Position numbers and translations under genes: made by a program
Source of the DNA: Stegostoma tigrinum
Taxonomy: Eukaryota
Reading direction: 5' to 3'
NCBI RefSeq assembly: GCF_030684315.1
Contig: NC_081367.1
Coordinates: forward strand, 75,358,253-75,422,252
DNA: 64,000 bases
The notes under the pieces: model-generated
Databases searched by the model: none
Told to the model about the DNA's origin: nothing
What the model saw: the letters and a program-made list of their open reading frames with translations, nothing else
Shown: piece after piece, positions 50,607-62,899 of the stretch
How the letters are laid out: each line of letters begins with the position of its first letter
Position numbering within the stretch: position 1 is the first letter of the stretch

Positions 50607-51169
50607 TGAGTTAACAATGACCTGATTTGAATAAAGTTTAAAGTACATTTGCAGAATAATTTTAAAGTACATTCAAACTGATGGCTTCCAGATCTAGTCT
50701 GTGCCACCCAGAATGGAATTTGATGAGGAGGAGTTAGATGCTGTGTAAACGTTCTAGCCTAATTCGCCAAAGAAGCTCCATTGACACAAATTTGGAACGA
50801 TGCCATTTGTGCATGGTATCTGATGTGGAAAGTACACAGGATAAAGAGGAACATAGAACATTACAGGAAGGAGGTAATCACAGAATGGAGGCTTGGAGTG
50901 ATGCCTTTACTGCTCTGAATTTCATCCATAATGTGGCAGATGATACTAAATTAGGAGAGACAACTAAATTCTGTACAAGAAAGCAGGAAATTTAACAAAA
51001 ACATAAATTAAGTGAAAGGGCAAAGTTTTGGCAGATGGAGTTTGAAATAAGAAGTGTAAGATCATATGCTTTGAATCTGATGCAAATTGGTATATTTCCT
51101 TAATGGTAGAAATCAGCAAGTGTGGAGCAGCAAAGGTAATTGATGCCGTGGAGACAATTCAACAATTGC

Positions 51170-52090
51170 ATGAGTGGGTAAGAAATAAGAGCAGGGTTAG
51201 GTTGTTTGGCCTCTCAAGTCTGCCCTGCCCTTCAATAAAGTTTTGGCAGATCCACCTTTGACCTCAACTGCATTTTTATACCAGTTCATCCTAGCTCTCA
51301 ACTCCCTAATATAGCTAAAATACTGCCACCTCCTTTTTAAATGCTTCCATTGACCTAGTTTCTCTGGGGTAAAGAATTCCAGGTGTACACTATCCTCTGG
51401 GAAAAGAAATTCCTTCATAACTGAGTTTTAAATGAAAATCCTCTTTATATTGTAACTCTGTCCCGTAGTCCAGCGTTCCACCACTAGTGGAAACAACTTC
51501 TCAACATCTACCCTTTCAGGCCCCCTCAGAATCTTGTATGTTTCAATAAGATCACCCCTCATTCTTCCAAACTTGGCTGAACGAAGGTCTAACCTGTTTT
51601 AGCTGTCTTCAATAAGTCAGCTCCTTCACCTTAGGAATCAGCTGGTGAATCTCTTCTGAACTGCCAATACCAGTAGATCTTTTCTTAAATACAGGGACTA
51701 AATCTGTACACAGTCCTGTGGGTGTGATGTCACTTATACTTTGTACATTTATAATAATCTCAATCCCATCGCAATAAATGTCAGAATTCTATTTGCCTCC
51801 TTAATGACTTGCTGCGTCTACATACTAATTTTTGTGCATCATGCACAAAAGCACCCAGGCTCCTCAGTGCTGCACTTTTTACATTTTTGGTTCTGCCTAC
51901 CAAAGTGCACTAACTCCCACCTCTATTAAAGTCTATCTGCCAGGTCTGTTCCCACTCTGTCAACATATCTCTATCTCTTTCTCATCACAGCCTGTCCTCC
52001 CATTCACTTTTGTAGTGTTAGCAAATTGGGGCACATTACACTCTGCCCCTCCAAGTCATCAATATAGATCATAAAGAGCTGAGGTCCTAG
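51170..52090 (-). mobile_element. Old CR1 (3' part); continues at 56494-57200
   Basis: CR1 3' UTR and ORF2 remnants ending at ..ATAAAGAGCTGAGGTCCTAG. Confidence 0.82.
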
Positions 52091-52292
52091 GTGGGAGGCC
52101 GGAGCCTAGGATTGGCAGCAAGAACATGCCGGTGGAGTGAGTGGGTGAGTAAGATAGAGTGAGAGAAATTATAGCAATAATAAAGATAACAATAATAGAG
52201 TGAGAGAAAGACAGTAATAATCAGGAGATATCACAGCAATAAATAATAGCGAGAAACCATTGTAATAGTAATAATAGAGAGGGAGAGAGACA

Positions 52293-52650
52293 GAAATCAT
52301 AGTAATAGAGAAAGGGAGAGAGCAAGATAATTGAGAGAGAGAAATCAGTGATAGAGATAATAGAGAAGTGAGATATTATAGAAATAAAGATAATAGAGCA
52401 AGAGAGAAATCATAGTAATAGAGAAAGGGAGAGAGCAAGATAATTGAGAGAGAGAAATCAGTGATAGAGATAATAGAGAAGTGAGATATTATAGAAATAA
52501 AGATAATAGAGCAAGAGAGAAATCATAGTAATAGAGAAAGGGAGAGAGCAAGATAATTGAGAGAGAGAAATCAGTGATAGAGATAATACAGAAGTGAGAT
52601 ATTATAGAAATAAAGATAATAGAGCAAGAGAGAAATCATAGTAATAGAGA
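52293..52650 (+). repeat. 113-bp purine-rich tandem repeat, 3 copies plus a partial one
   Basis: GAAATCATAGTAATAGAGA recurs at 52293, 52406, 52519 and 52632. Confidence 0.95.
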
Positions 52651-52730
52651 GAGTTCTATAGTCATTAGCAAGGTGGAGAAATAACGGTAGTGACAAAGAT
52701 CAAAATAAAGGAGAGAAATCAGTCAGAGCC

Positions 52731-53532
52731 AATAATAGTGAATAGCGAGAGATATAGCTAACAATAATGATAGAGGGACAGATAATAGAAACAGTAAAAA
52801 TAGTGAATAGCGAGAGATATAGCTAACAATAATGATAGAGGGACAGATAGTAGAAACAGTAATAATAGTGAATAGCGAGAGATATAGCTAACAATAATGA
52901 TAGAGGGACAGATAATAGAAACAGTAAAAATAGTGAATAGCGAGAGATATAGCTAACAATAATGATAGAGGGACAGATAATAGAAACAGTAAAAATAGTG
53001 AATAGCGAGAGATATAGCTAACAATAATGATAGAGGGACAGATAATAGAAACAGTAAAAATAGTGAATAGCGAGAGATATAGCTAACAATAATGATAGAG
53101 GGACAGATAATAGAAACAGTAAAAATAGTGAATAGCGAGAGATATAGCTAACAATAATGATAGAGGGACAGATAATAGAAACAGTAAAAATAGTGAATAG
53201 CGAGAGATATAGCTAACAATAATGATAGAGGGACAGATAATAGAAACAGTAAAAATAGTGAATAGCGAGAGATATAGCTAACAATAATGATAGAGGGACA
53301 GATAATAGAAACAGTAAAAATAGTGAATAGCGAGAGATATAGCTAACAATAATGATAGAGGGACAGATAATAGAAACAGTAAAAATAGTGAATAGCGAGA
53401 GATATAGCTAACAATAATGATAGAGGGACAGATAATAGAAACAGTAAAAATAGTGAATAGCGAGAGATATAGCTAACAATAATGATAGAGGGACAGATAA
53501 TAGAAACAGTAAAAATAGTGAATAGCGAGATA
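52731..53532 (+). repeat. 65-bp minisatellite, about 12 near-identical copies
   Basis: TAGTGAATAGCGAGA recurs every 65 nt from 52736 to 53516. Confidence 0.97.
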
Positions 53533-53649
53533 TTACAGAGGGCGAGAGAGACATTAATAATGAATAAAGTGAGATAGTTGAGGGGTAGTAATAACGGTGA
53601 ATAAAGTGAGAGTGAAAGAAAATTCTGAGCAATAGGGAGGGAGAGAATC

Positions 53650-53951
53650 TGAATCCCTTCAGTGTGGAAACAGGCCCTTTGGCCCAACAAGTCCACGCCG
53701 AACCTTGGAGCATCCCACCCAGACCCATCCCCCTATAACCCACCTAATCTACACCTCCCTGAACACTATGGGCAATTTAGCATGGCCAATCCACCTATCC
53801 TGCACCTCTTTGGACTGTGGGAGGAAACCGGAGCGCTCGGAGGAAACCCACGCAGACAATGGGAAGGTGTGCCAACTCCACACAGACAGTCGCCCGAGGT
53901 TGGAAGTGAACCCGGGTCCCTGGTGCTGTGAGGCAACAAGCAGTGCCGTCC
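53650..53951 (-). mobile_element. HE1-like V-SINE (tRNA head, V-domain, CR1-type tail)
   Basis: Minus strand GCCTCACAGCACCAGGGACCCGGGTTC..TGCGTGGGTTTCCTCC..CCGGTTTCCTCCCACAGTCCAAAGA is the V-SINE core. Confidence 0.88.
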
Positions 53952-54126
53952 CTATGGAGAGCGAGCGAGAGGGAGAGGGAGAATAGAGAATACTGAATAG
54001 AGTGAAAAAGAGAAGATACCAAAATTATTGAATGAGGAGAGAGAAATACCAAATAGACAAAGAATCCGGGAGAGCGAATTCTGCAGAGGGAGTAAGAGAA
54101 AATCTGCGATAGAGAATCCTGAATAG

Positions 54127-55230
54127 AGAGAACATAAAACATTACAGCACAGAACAGGCCCTTCGGCCCTCTGTTTTGCCGACCTGTCATACCGATCTGA
54201 AGCCCATCTAACCTACACTATTCCATGTACGTCCATGTGCTCATCCAATGATGACTTAAATGTACCTAAAGTTGGCGAATCTACTACCGTTGCAGGCAAC
54301 ACGTTCCATTCCCTTACTACTCTCTGAGTAAAGAAACTACCTCTGACATCTGTCCTATATCTTTCATCCCTCAATATAAAGCTATGCCCCCTCGTGCTCG
54401 CCGTCACCATCCTAGGAAAAAGGCTCTCCCTATCCACCCTATCTAACCATCTGATTATTTTATGTCTCAATTAAGTCACCTCTCAACCTCCTTCTCTCTA
54501 ACGAAAACAGCCTCCAGTCCCTCAGCCTTTCCTCGTAAGACCTTCCCTCCATGCCTGGCAACATCCTAGTAAATCTCCTCTGCACCCTTTCCAAAGCTTC
54601 CACATCCTTCTTATAATGCGGTGACCAGAACTGTACACAATACTCCAAGTGCGGCCGCACCAGAGTTTTGTACAGCTGCAGCATAACCTCTTGATTCCGG
54701 AACTTGGTCCCTCTATTGATAAAAGCTAAAACACTGTATGCCTTCTTAACAACCCTGTCAACCTGGGTGACAACTTTCAAGGATCTGTGTACATGGACAC
54801 CGAGATCTCTCTGCTCATCTACACTACTAAGAATCTTACCATTAGCCCAGTACTTTGCCTTCCGGTTACTCCTGCCAAAGTGCATCACCTCACACTTGTC
54901 TGCATTAAACTCCATTTGCCACCTCTCAGCCCAGCTCTGCAGCTTATCTATGTCTCTCTGCAACCTACAGCATCCTTCGTCACTATCCACAACTCCACCG
55001 ACCTTCGTGTCGTCTGTAAATTTACTAACCCATCCTTCTATGCCCTCATCCAGGTCATTTATAAAAATGACAAACAGCAGTGGACCCAACACCGACCTTT
55101 GCGGTACACCAATAGTAACTGGTCTCCAGGATGAACATTTCCCATCAACGACCACCCTCTGTCTTCTTTCAGAAAGCCAATTTCTGATCCAAACTGCTAT
55201 ATCTCCCACAATTCCATTTTTCTGCATTTT
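54127..55230 (-). mobile_element. Young 5'-truncated CR1
   Basis: Open 258-aa RT ORF 54460..55236 (GVPQ.SVLGP, KFTDDTK) plus ORF 54213..54470 and 3' UTR. Confidence 0.95.
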
Positions 55231-55984
55231 GTACAAATATCTCCCGCAATTCCATTCCTCCGCATTTTATTCTAAGTTGAAAGAGAAAATTTGTAAGAGT
55301 TTTTTTTAATCTGAACAAAGCAAGAGAGCACTCTAAACAATGAAAATCTGGGGGCAAGAGAGAGATAAAAGGAAATCCAGGTGGAGTGAGAGAAAGGAAA
55401 ACTGAGGGGTAGGGATAGTGAAATCCCAGGACGGCGAGGGAGGAGAGGTTGAGAATGAAAAAACTGTGGTTCAGGAGAATCAGAGATTTAGATAAGGAGA
55501 ACATTGGGGCATAGAGAGGGAAAGCCGAGAATTGGATATATAGAAAGGAGTCAACCTGGATAGAAATTGATAAAAGCACGAACGCAGCAAGAACTGAAAC
55601 AAAAGTGAGGGATTGAAAAAATAAACAGAGACACAGAGAGAAACTGGGATATTGAGAGTTTAAGAACCAGTTTATAGAGGAGCCAACAGGGATCTCCAAT
55701 AGCCACGGTGGGAACCCACTGTGCTTACAGATAGAAAAAGCCAACAGGGACAGAGGAGCAGCCGTTGAAGAATCCAGGACTACACAGCACTCATCCCAGG
55801 GGCTGAACAAATGTTCATCCCTAGAAGCCAGCATTGGTGAGCCACCATCAGTTCTGAGGAGCAGTCACTCAGTCTGAAGCATTAACTCTGATTTCTCTTC
55901 TCAGATGCTACCAGACCTGCTGACCATTTCCAGAAATTTCTGTTTTGGTACTAATGAGCAGGAACTGGTGGAGGAAGGAGGGAG

Positions 55985-56180
55985 CAGCACTATCATCTTT
56001 AAATCACTGCATCACTGCCTCAAAATTAGGAGGAAGAGCCTACCGCTGAGCCCTTTGAATCGCTCTGCCAGTATAAGAGAGCTGCTAATCCAATCAAGTT
56101 CACAAATTCAACCTTGTAACCAAACTGCTTTGAGCACGTTTGCATCTTTCCTTGAATAAGGAGACCAAACTGAACACAGT
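55985..56180 (-). mobile_element. Old CR1 fragment
   Basis: GGAGACCAAACTGAACACAGT corresponds to CVQF in ORF 56026..56412. Confidence 0.5.
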
Positions 56181-56184
56181 TACT

Positions 56185-56493
56185 TTCTCCTTGGGTAGGA
56201 GAGTCCAAAACAGGGCATAGGTTTAAGTGTAAGGTGAGAGGGGAGAGATTTAAAATGGGCCTGAGGGGCAACCCCTTTCTCAGAGTGGTGCATATATGGA
56301 ATGAGCCGCCAGAGGAAGTGTTGGAGGTAGGTACAATTACAACATTTAAAAGGCATCTGGATGGGTACGTGAATAGGAAGGGGATAGAGGGATATGGGCT
56401 AAATGGTGGCAAATGGGACTAAGTCAGATTGGGATGCCTGGTCAGTGTAGACAAGTCGAAGGGTCTGTTTCCATGCTGTATGGCTCAGTGACT
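56185..56493 (+). mobile_element. CR1 3' fragment ending the 52091-56493 insert
   Basis: RVVHIWNEPPEEV..FKRHLD and a CR1 terminus. Confidence 0.88.
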
Positions 56494-57200
56494 ACTGCTT
56501 GTAACACTCCTCTAGTTGCATCTTTCCAACCTGAAAAAGACTCATTGAGCCTGGCTCTGTCTTCTGTGTGTAAACCAATGCTCAATCCATACTAATAAAT
56601 TATCCCAATGCATTAACCCCTATCTTGTGCAGTAGCCTTTTATGTGAAATCTTATCGGTTACTTTCTGGAAATCCAAATGCACTACATCTACCTGTTCCC
56701 CTTTATCAATTCTGTTATATCCTCAAAATTCCAAGCGAATTTGTCAAACGTGATTACCTTTTACACAGCCATGTGGACTCTAATTGCTTTAAGCTTTTCT
56801 AAATGTTCTGCTATTTCTTCCTGAATAGATTCTGGCATTTTCTCAGTGACAGAAGTTAGGCTAACTGACCTGTAGTTTCCAGCTTTCCACATCTCTCCCC
56901 TGTTGAGCAGGGACATCACTTTAGAAGTTTTGCAAACCACCAGAACCTTCCTAGAATCCAGTGAGCTCTCTAATATTTCAACCAGTGCCTCCACTGTCTC
57001 TGCAGCTACGTGCTTTCGAATCCATGGGGACCTGAACTCAGGTCCTAGCAACATATCTGCCTTCAGTGTCATAATTTTCCATCAATTAGTCTCTCATGAT
57101 AGAGACTGTAATAAAACTTTTCATTGCATTGGCACCTTGTTTATCTGACATCTTTTGGGATGTTTATAGTGTTCTCCACCATGAATTCCTTGTTAAAGCT
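56494..57200 (-). mobile_element. Old CR1, upstream continuation of 51170-52090
   Basis: GNYRSVSLTSV (ORF 56761..57072); collinear with the left part. Confidence 0.82.
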
Positions 57201-58625
57201 GATTATCTGTAACAGCTATGCTCCTAAAAAGTGAGTCATCTGAAAGACTCACTGTCAATGACACCAGGACATGCATCTAAAGAATTCCCAGTGACAGCCT
57301 TCTGTGTGAACAAGAACACCAGACACTGAAAGCATTCTAAAACATTTCGTAACATACGCTTTTAACTTCAATAATTAACAGGTATTTGGCCACAGTGCTG
57401 TTTTTCCCCAAAGCTAATCTCTGCACAGAAGTTTTCTTTATTTTCCCTCTAATGTGTGCTGGGTTTTTTGAAGGGTAAATATATATACTTTCATATTTCA
57501 AGTTCTGTCAGCTTTGCATTTGTCCATTTATAATAAATCAAAACGTCTGTATTAAAGAAAACCATAAATGCTGGAGATCCCAACAGTCCAGGCAGCATCC
57601 ATGGAGGGAAAGCAAGCTAATGTTTCGAGTCTAGATGACTCTTCAGAGTCACCTTGACTTGAAACAGCTTGCTTTCTTTACATGGATGCTACCTGACCTG
57701 CTGTGATCTTCACCACTTGTTGTTTTCAGTACAGATTCCAACATCTGTAGTACTTTGCTCCTGCATTATGTTTAAAGAAACCTGGTTGGAGTATTTTGTT
57801 CTGGACCTAATGTAGACAAACTATCTAACTGGTCACATTGATAATTGGAGAGAATGTTTAAATATATTTAAACAATCAGTGGACTAGCAGGACTTGATAG
57901 ACACTGCCATCCTCCACACTTGGTCATCATGGAAAGGTAGGCAAAATGTAGGCAGAGAATGCCAGCCTACCTTGTCTAGCTTTCATCATAAGGCACTACG
58001 TTCATTTCAGATTTTGGTCCAGTACGCCTTCTCTGAACTGCTTCCAATGTATTATCATCCTTCTGTAGTAACCAATACCGTATATTTATGGAAACTGGGA
58101 ATGCAGATAGTGATTACTGAATCAGAATCCTTTTAACTCTGAAAAACCAACAGCTAATCAGGAACAGGAAAACCTCATTCGATTGGCGAGCGATCAAATG
58201 TTAGAGCTGACACTTTTTTTTTCAGAATTTGCCAGCTCTCAATATGATGTAGTTTTGGACTGGAATGAGTAATGAAGTCACTCTTTTCTGCAGCACTCAC
58301 TGCCTTTTGGAGTTGTACAATTCAGCTTGCTTTAATGCACAATTTGACAGATTAGGCATGACTCCTTTTGACACGTATTTTCAAAAGCATGAAGAGTGAG
58401 GCTGTAGGCAATGTACAAACTCTGAACCTTTTAATTTTAACTTGATAGTATCGCTTCTTAATTAAATCTTTCCAGTATTGTGCAGAACATTAATGATTCA
58501 TGTTTAGCAAGTAACAGACAGAATGTGTATCTAACTCTCAATGTTATTTCAGTAAGTCGGATTGTATTTCTGCCCAAAATTACCCAGATAAAGCTTAACT
58601 GCTTGTGTTGAATCTTTTTGCATAG

Positions 58626-58708
58626 GTAAAGAGTCCCTCTACAGTATCCTGATAAAGAACATTATTGCAGTTGAGAAACTTGAAGAAAGATGCTTCAACA
58701 GAAAAAAT
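58626..58708 (+). CDS. RASA2: RASA2 PH-domain exon (83 nt): KESLYSILIKNIIAVEKLEERCFNRKN
   Basis: TAG acceptor, GTACGT donor; NI.AVEKLEE motif. The next exon (MFQV...) was not found in the window. Confidence 0.95.
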
Positions 58709-59349
58709 GTACGTAACAACTCCATTCTGAAATATCTGGTGAAAATAATACATAATTAAACACTGTTTTTCTTAAATGTGAAATGCTAGAAGTGCAGACC
58801 AGAGAAACAAACTGATATGCTAGTTTGGTGACCTTTTGTTAAAACTGGTCTGACAAAGCGTCACTAACCTAAGATGAAAATTGTTTTCCCCTCCACAGAT
58901 GCTGCATAAGTTGAACATTTCCAAAATGTTCTGTTTGTACTTCACATTTCCATAATTCACAGTATTTTGCTTTTGCATAGCTGATTTAACTTGTCAATTT
59001 TTGTCTTATTTGAGGTAAATGCTCATGTTGAGAGAGCTTATTTTTTGTGTTCACTGTTTTTAAAAAAAATTATTTGCAACCCTCTGTCAGATTATTTACA
59101 GTCTAAAATTCTCAATACATCTGTAGCTTAAATATAAGCTTATAGGTCGTATTTGACCAAATTTTGCCATCACTGCTCAATTCAAGCCCTGTTCTGATGG
59201 GAATAGGTGTGAAAGATCTTGAGGAATTTTAAGATGGCCAGAAAGAAACATCTAAGTGCTTTGAAAAATATGCTTTTGGATGAAGTTACGCCCGATATTA
59301 GTTTCAACTTCTAAGCGGCATTGTTCTTTCAGTTGCAATGAATAATAGT

Positions 59350-59762
59350 GACTGGTGGGCACAGGTTTAAAGTGATGGGGGAAAGATTAAAAAGGAGCAT
59401 GAGGAGCTACTTTCTAATAGATGGTGGTGCATATATGGAATGAGGTGGTGGAGGTTGGTACAGTTACAATATTTAAAAGACATTTTGGACAGGCACATGG
59501 ATAGGAAAGCACAAAATCAGAAGTCCCACTTCACCTGACGGAGGGGCAATGCTGTGAACGCTTGTGATTTTAAATAAACCTCTGGGACATCTGACTTTGT
59601 CCATCCCAGTGCAGCACTGGCATCTCATGTTTAGGAAAGGTTTAGGAAGTATTTGTGCTAAATGCAGGCAAATTAGACTCTCTCAATTCAGGAAACCTAG
59701 TAGGTGTGGATGAGTTGGGCCAAAGGGCTTGATTCCGTGCTGTGTAAGTCTGTGACTCTATA
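59350..59762 (+). mobile_element. CR1 3' fragment interrupted by a family-C mini-element (59510-59631)
   Basis: TAGGAAAG is duplicated at 59502-09 and 59632-39. Confidence 0.8.
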
Positions 59763-60209
59763 GCATTTTTAATGTAATAATGTTCCAATGTGCTTTGGGG
59801 AAGAAAAGATCTTGACACTATGCCACCTAAGGAGATATTAACTCAAACGTTGGTTTTACAGTATGTTACAAAGAGGAAGCAAGAGGCAGAGAAGTTTATG
59901 AAGGGAATTCTAGATTTCATGAGCACTATCAGGAATGCTCAAATGTCTGGAATTAGACAAGTGCAGGTGCATTGGACTGGGAGACGTTCCAGTGGTAGGA
60001 AACGACATAGGCATGGAAGGATTTGGAAACAGGGTTGAGAATTTCAAAATGAAATCATTGTGTAATTGGAGGTAAATGGAAGTCACTAAATACAGGTCAC
60101 AGGTGAATGGGACTTGGTCTTGGTTAGAACATTGGCAGTGTTGTTGCAAACCCAGTTTTCTGCGCTTAATCTGCCAAACATGTTTGAAAATGGGCCAATA
60201 TTAATGGCA

Positions 60210-60374
60210 GAGATGGTAAGAACTGCCAATGCTGGAGTCAGAAATAACACAGCGTGGAGCTGGAGGAACACAGCAGGCCAGGTAGCATCAGGGGAGCAGG
60301 AAAGCTTATTTTTCGGGTTGGGACCCTTCTTCAGAAAAAGGTCAGCTGTGTTCCTCCAGCTCCACATTGTTATC
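60210..60374 (-). mobile_element. Family-A-like mini-element with short fold-back and imperfect TSD
   Basis: AATATTAATGGCA (60197-60209) vs AATATTAAATGGCA (60375-60388); minus strand CTGAAGAAGGGTCCCAACCCGAAA. Confidence 0.82.
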
Positions 60375-61054
60375 AATATTAAATGGCACCTGCTTTTTAA
60401 AAATATTTTTCTAATCAGTCTGTTCAGTCGAGTTAATACACACCTCTGGAGTGTGTGGGACTTTGATCTGGATCTCCTGACTCGGGTAGCACACTCCCAT
60501 TACCACCACAAGAGCCGCCTTTAAGATTTCCTCCCTGGTTATATTTTATGGATAGATCCACTGAGTCTGAGTCCATGCTTCAAGTCTACAGCAGCCAGGA
60601 GTCATTGTGCCAGGCATTACCATTATCACAGCTGAAGACCTGCTTAATCCCAAGTCTGGGCTCCAGACCTACCATAGCCAGAAGTCCTCACTCCTGGCAC
60701 TGCCACCATCTCAGCCAACAACCCACCAAGTCCACGATCCAGGAGTCCCCACACTGGGCACTGCCATATGATTATCATAATACCTGGATTGTTTTAAACT
60801 TATTTTCAGAATTAATAGAAAGCATCAAAAGTTAATTTTCAGCCTGTTCATTTTAATTGAAAGTGGGGTCCTGTAACCTTTCTCATGTATTCCTGTTGTC
60901 CTGTGCAATTGACAGTCATGTCCTGTGTTGTTATTGTTATCTCTATATCGTGCTGATGAAAGCAGTCATTTCCTAATGCCAGTTGTAATTTTTTAATGTC
61001 ATTGTCAATATATTGGTAAATACAACTGTTACAGTTCATCATCATGCCAGGGTG

Positions 61055-61404
61055 TTGATTGCCTATTGGCGTTATTGCTGGACTGTGAAGCCAGAGACCC
61101 AGATAATGTTCTGGGGACCTGTGTTCAGATCCCACTACGGCAGCTGGTGGAATTTGAATTCAATAAATAATGGGATTAAGAGTCTAATGATGACCACGAA
61201 TCTCTTGTCGATTGTTGGAAAAACCCATCTGGTTCACTAATGTCCTCTGGGGAAGGAAACTGTTATGCTTACATGGCCTGGCTTACATGTGACTCCAGAC
61301 CCACAGCAACGTAGTTGTCTCTTAACTGCCCTCTGGGAAATTAGGGATGGTCAATAAACGCTGCCTGGCCAGCAATACCCTCATCCTGTGAATGAATAAA
61401 AAAG
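61055..61404 (+). mobile_element. tRNA-derived SINE
   Basis: B-box-like GTTCAGATCCC; tail CAATAAACGCTG..TGAATGAATAAAAAA. Confidence 0.82.
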
Positions 61405-62899
61405 TTTGCAATACTTATGTCAGCCAATTCCATGTTGGGTTTGATGTCACAAAATCTTGTACCACAGAAGGAGGATACTATTCAACATTTACACCACTTC
61501 CAGGTCTCTTGGTCTCATTACTGTGCCATTTCCCCATATCCATTTTCCACTTTTCTTTTTCAACTATTTATTTATCCGTTTAATAATGTTCTGCGTTCTC
61601 CTTATATTAGAACTTTCCGGTTTGTGTAATTCTCAATTATTTTTCTAATCTTTAACTCCGAAAGGATAAACCTTAAATTGAAACGACCCTGTTTGTATAC
61701 TCTCAGCTACTGAATTACTTTGTCCAAATTTACTTAAAGGCTGTCTGAATTCTGTAGACGTTTACGATAGTTTCTCCTCACCTTCATTGTTCTAACAAGT
61801 CAAATTTCTTCATCTATCATTCCTTTATTGTCCTTCCTATTATTATCATTATTTAACCTTTAAGCATCATCTTCATTACTTTATTATACTTCCTGAGCCA
61901 CCAGAATTTATCCATTCCATTATTGCTGAACTTTACATTGATTTCTATTCTCATCGTGCTGTTGGCAACTTGCGTCTATATTTTCTTTTAAACTTCTTTA
62001 AATTTCCTAGAAACGGAGCCGAATGAAACAAGTGAAAATATGACGCAACACTTAGAGGCCATAGCAAATGGGATTTTAAGTTTCTTGCCTGTACTGCCCC
62101 TGTTCTTCTTGCATTATTATTGAAAATACTATAATGCACATAGGGCTCACCTTTCCAGCTGTTTAGTCCTTCTGAACATAGGAGAGGAGCTGTGACTGAC
62201 AGTATTTTAGTTAAGTATTGCACATGTTTCAGTAAGAAAGATCAAGAAAACTCCAGTGAGACAATATCAGTTGACTGAACATGCTGGGCTTAAATGTTTG
62301 GGTATAAATCTGCATTAGCACATTACTGACTAAGGTGCAGGAAACTATTAAGCTGGACTATTGTTTGGAGCATGGAACCATATAAATGAATCAAAAAACT
62401 TTTTACAGGTTATGTTAGAGGGAAAATTTGCATGTGGTTAGACATAAAACTGTGTGAATCTATTCTGAGCAGACTTTCTCAAGAAAATGGCATCCTGTCG
62501 TAGCTATGCCGGAATATTTTAGGAAAACCTGGGGCCACTGTTTCAAATGTTGCCCAGCTTAAATTTGAATCGGATTTGGATCACCTGTTAGACAAACTGA
62601 AACAACTGCCGATGCTGGAAATCTGAGCGGTTCTTCAAAGCAGTTCTGAAGAAAGGTCACTCTCTAACCAAAATATTAACTCCGCAGATGCTGCCAGACC
62701 TGCTGATATTTTCCAGCAATTTTTATTTTAACTTACATTTTTCTGTTCATACTCTGTGCCCCTGTCTAAGCTTAAGCTCCTTTATCGTTTTCCCAACTTG
62801 TCCTCCCTGTTTTAACCGTAGATCTCCCTATCGATCAAAATGCTTTGAAGTTTCACAAATTAGTTGTGTTATGTCACCTCTTTAAATTATTAAAAGCCA

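Noticed and set aside
52731-53532. Regular array resembling CRISPR
   Set aside because: Units are identical head-to-tail with no unique spacers, there are no cas genes, and the context is a vertebrate intron.
55169-55834. 221-aa hydrophobic ORF, and similar ORFs at 53343-53743
   Set aside because: Product of the pyrimidine-rich minus strand of low-complexity DNA, with no domain or splice support.
10651-58708. Calling the gene RASA3, RASA4 or RASAL1
   Set aside because: Diagnostic segments (NLVQD, AVAVVSP, GSWGSLSK, DAQT) favour RASA2.
61110-61140. tRNA genes at B-box-like motifs (also near 43260, 53910, 63075)
   Set aside because: They are SINE heads without a complete cloverleaf.
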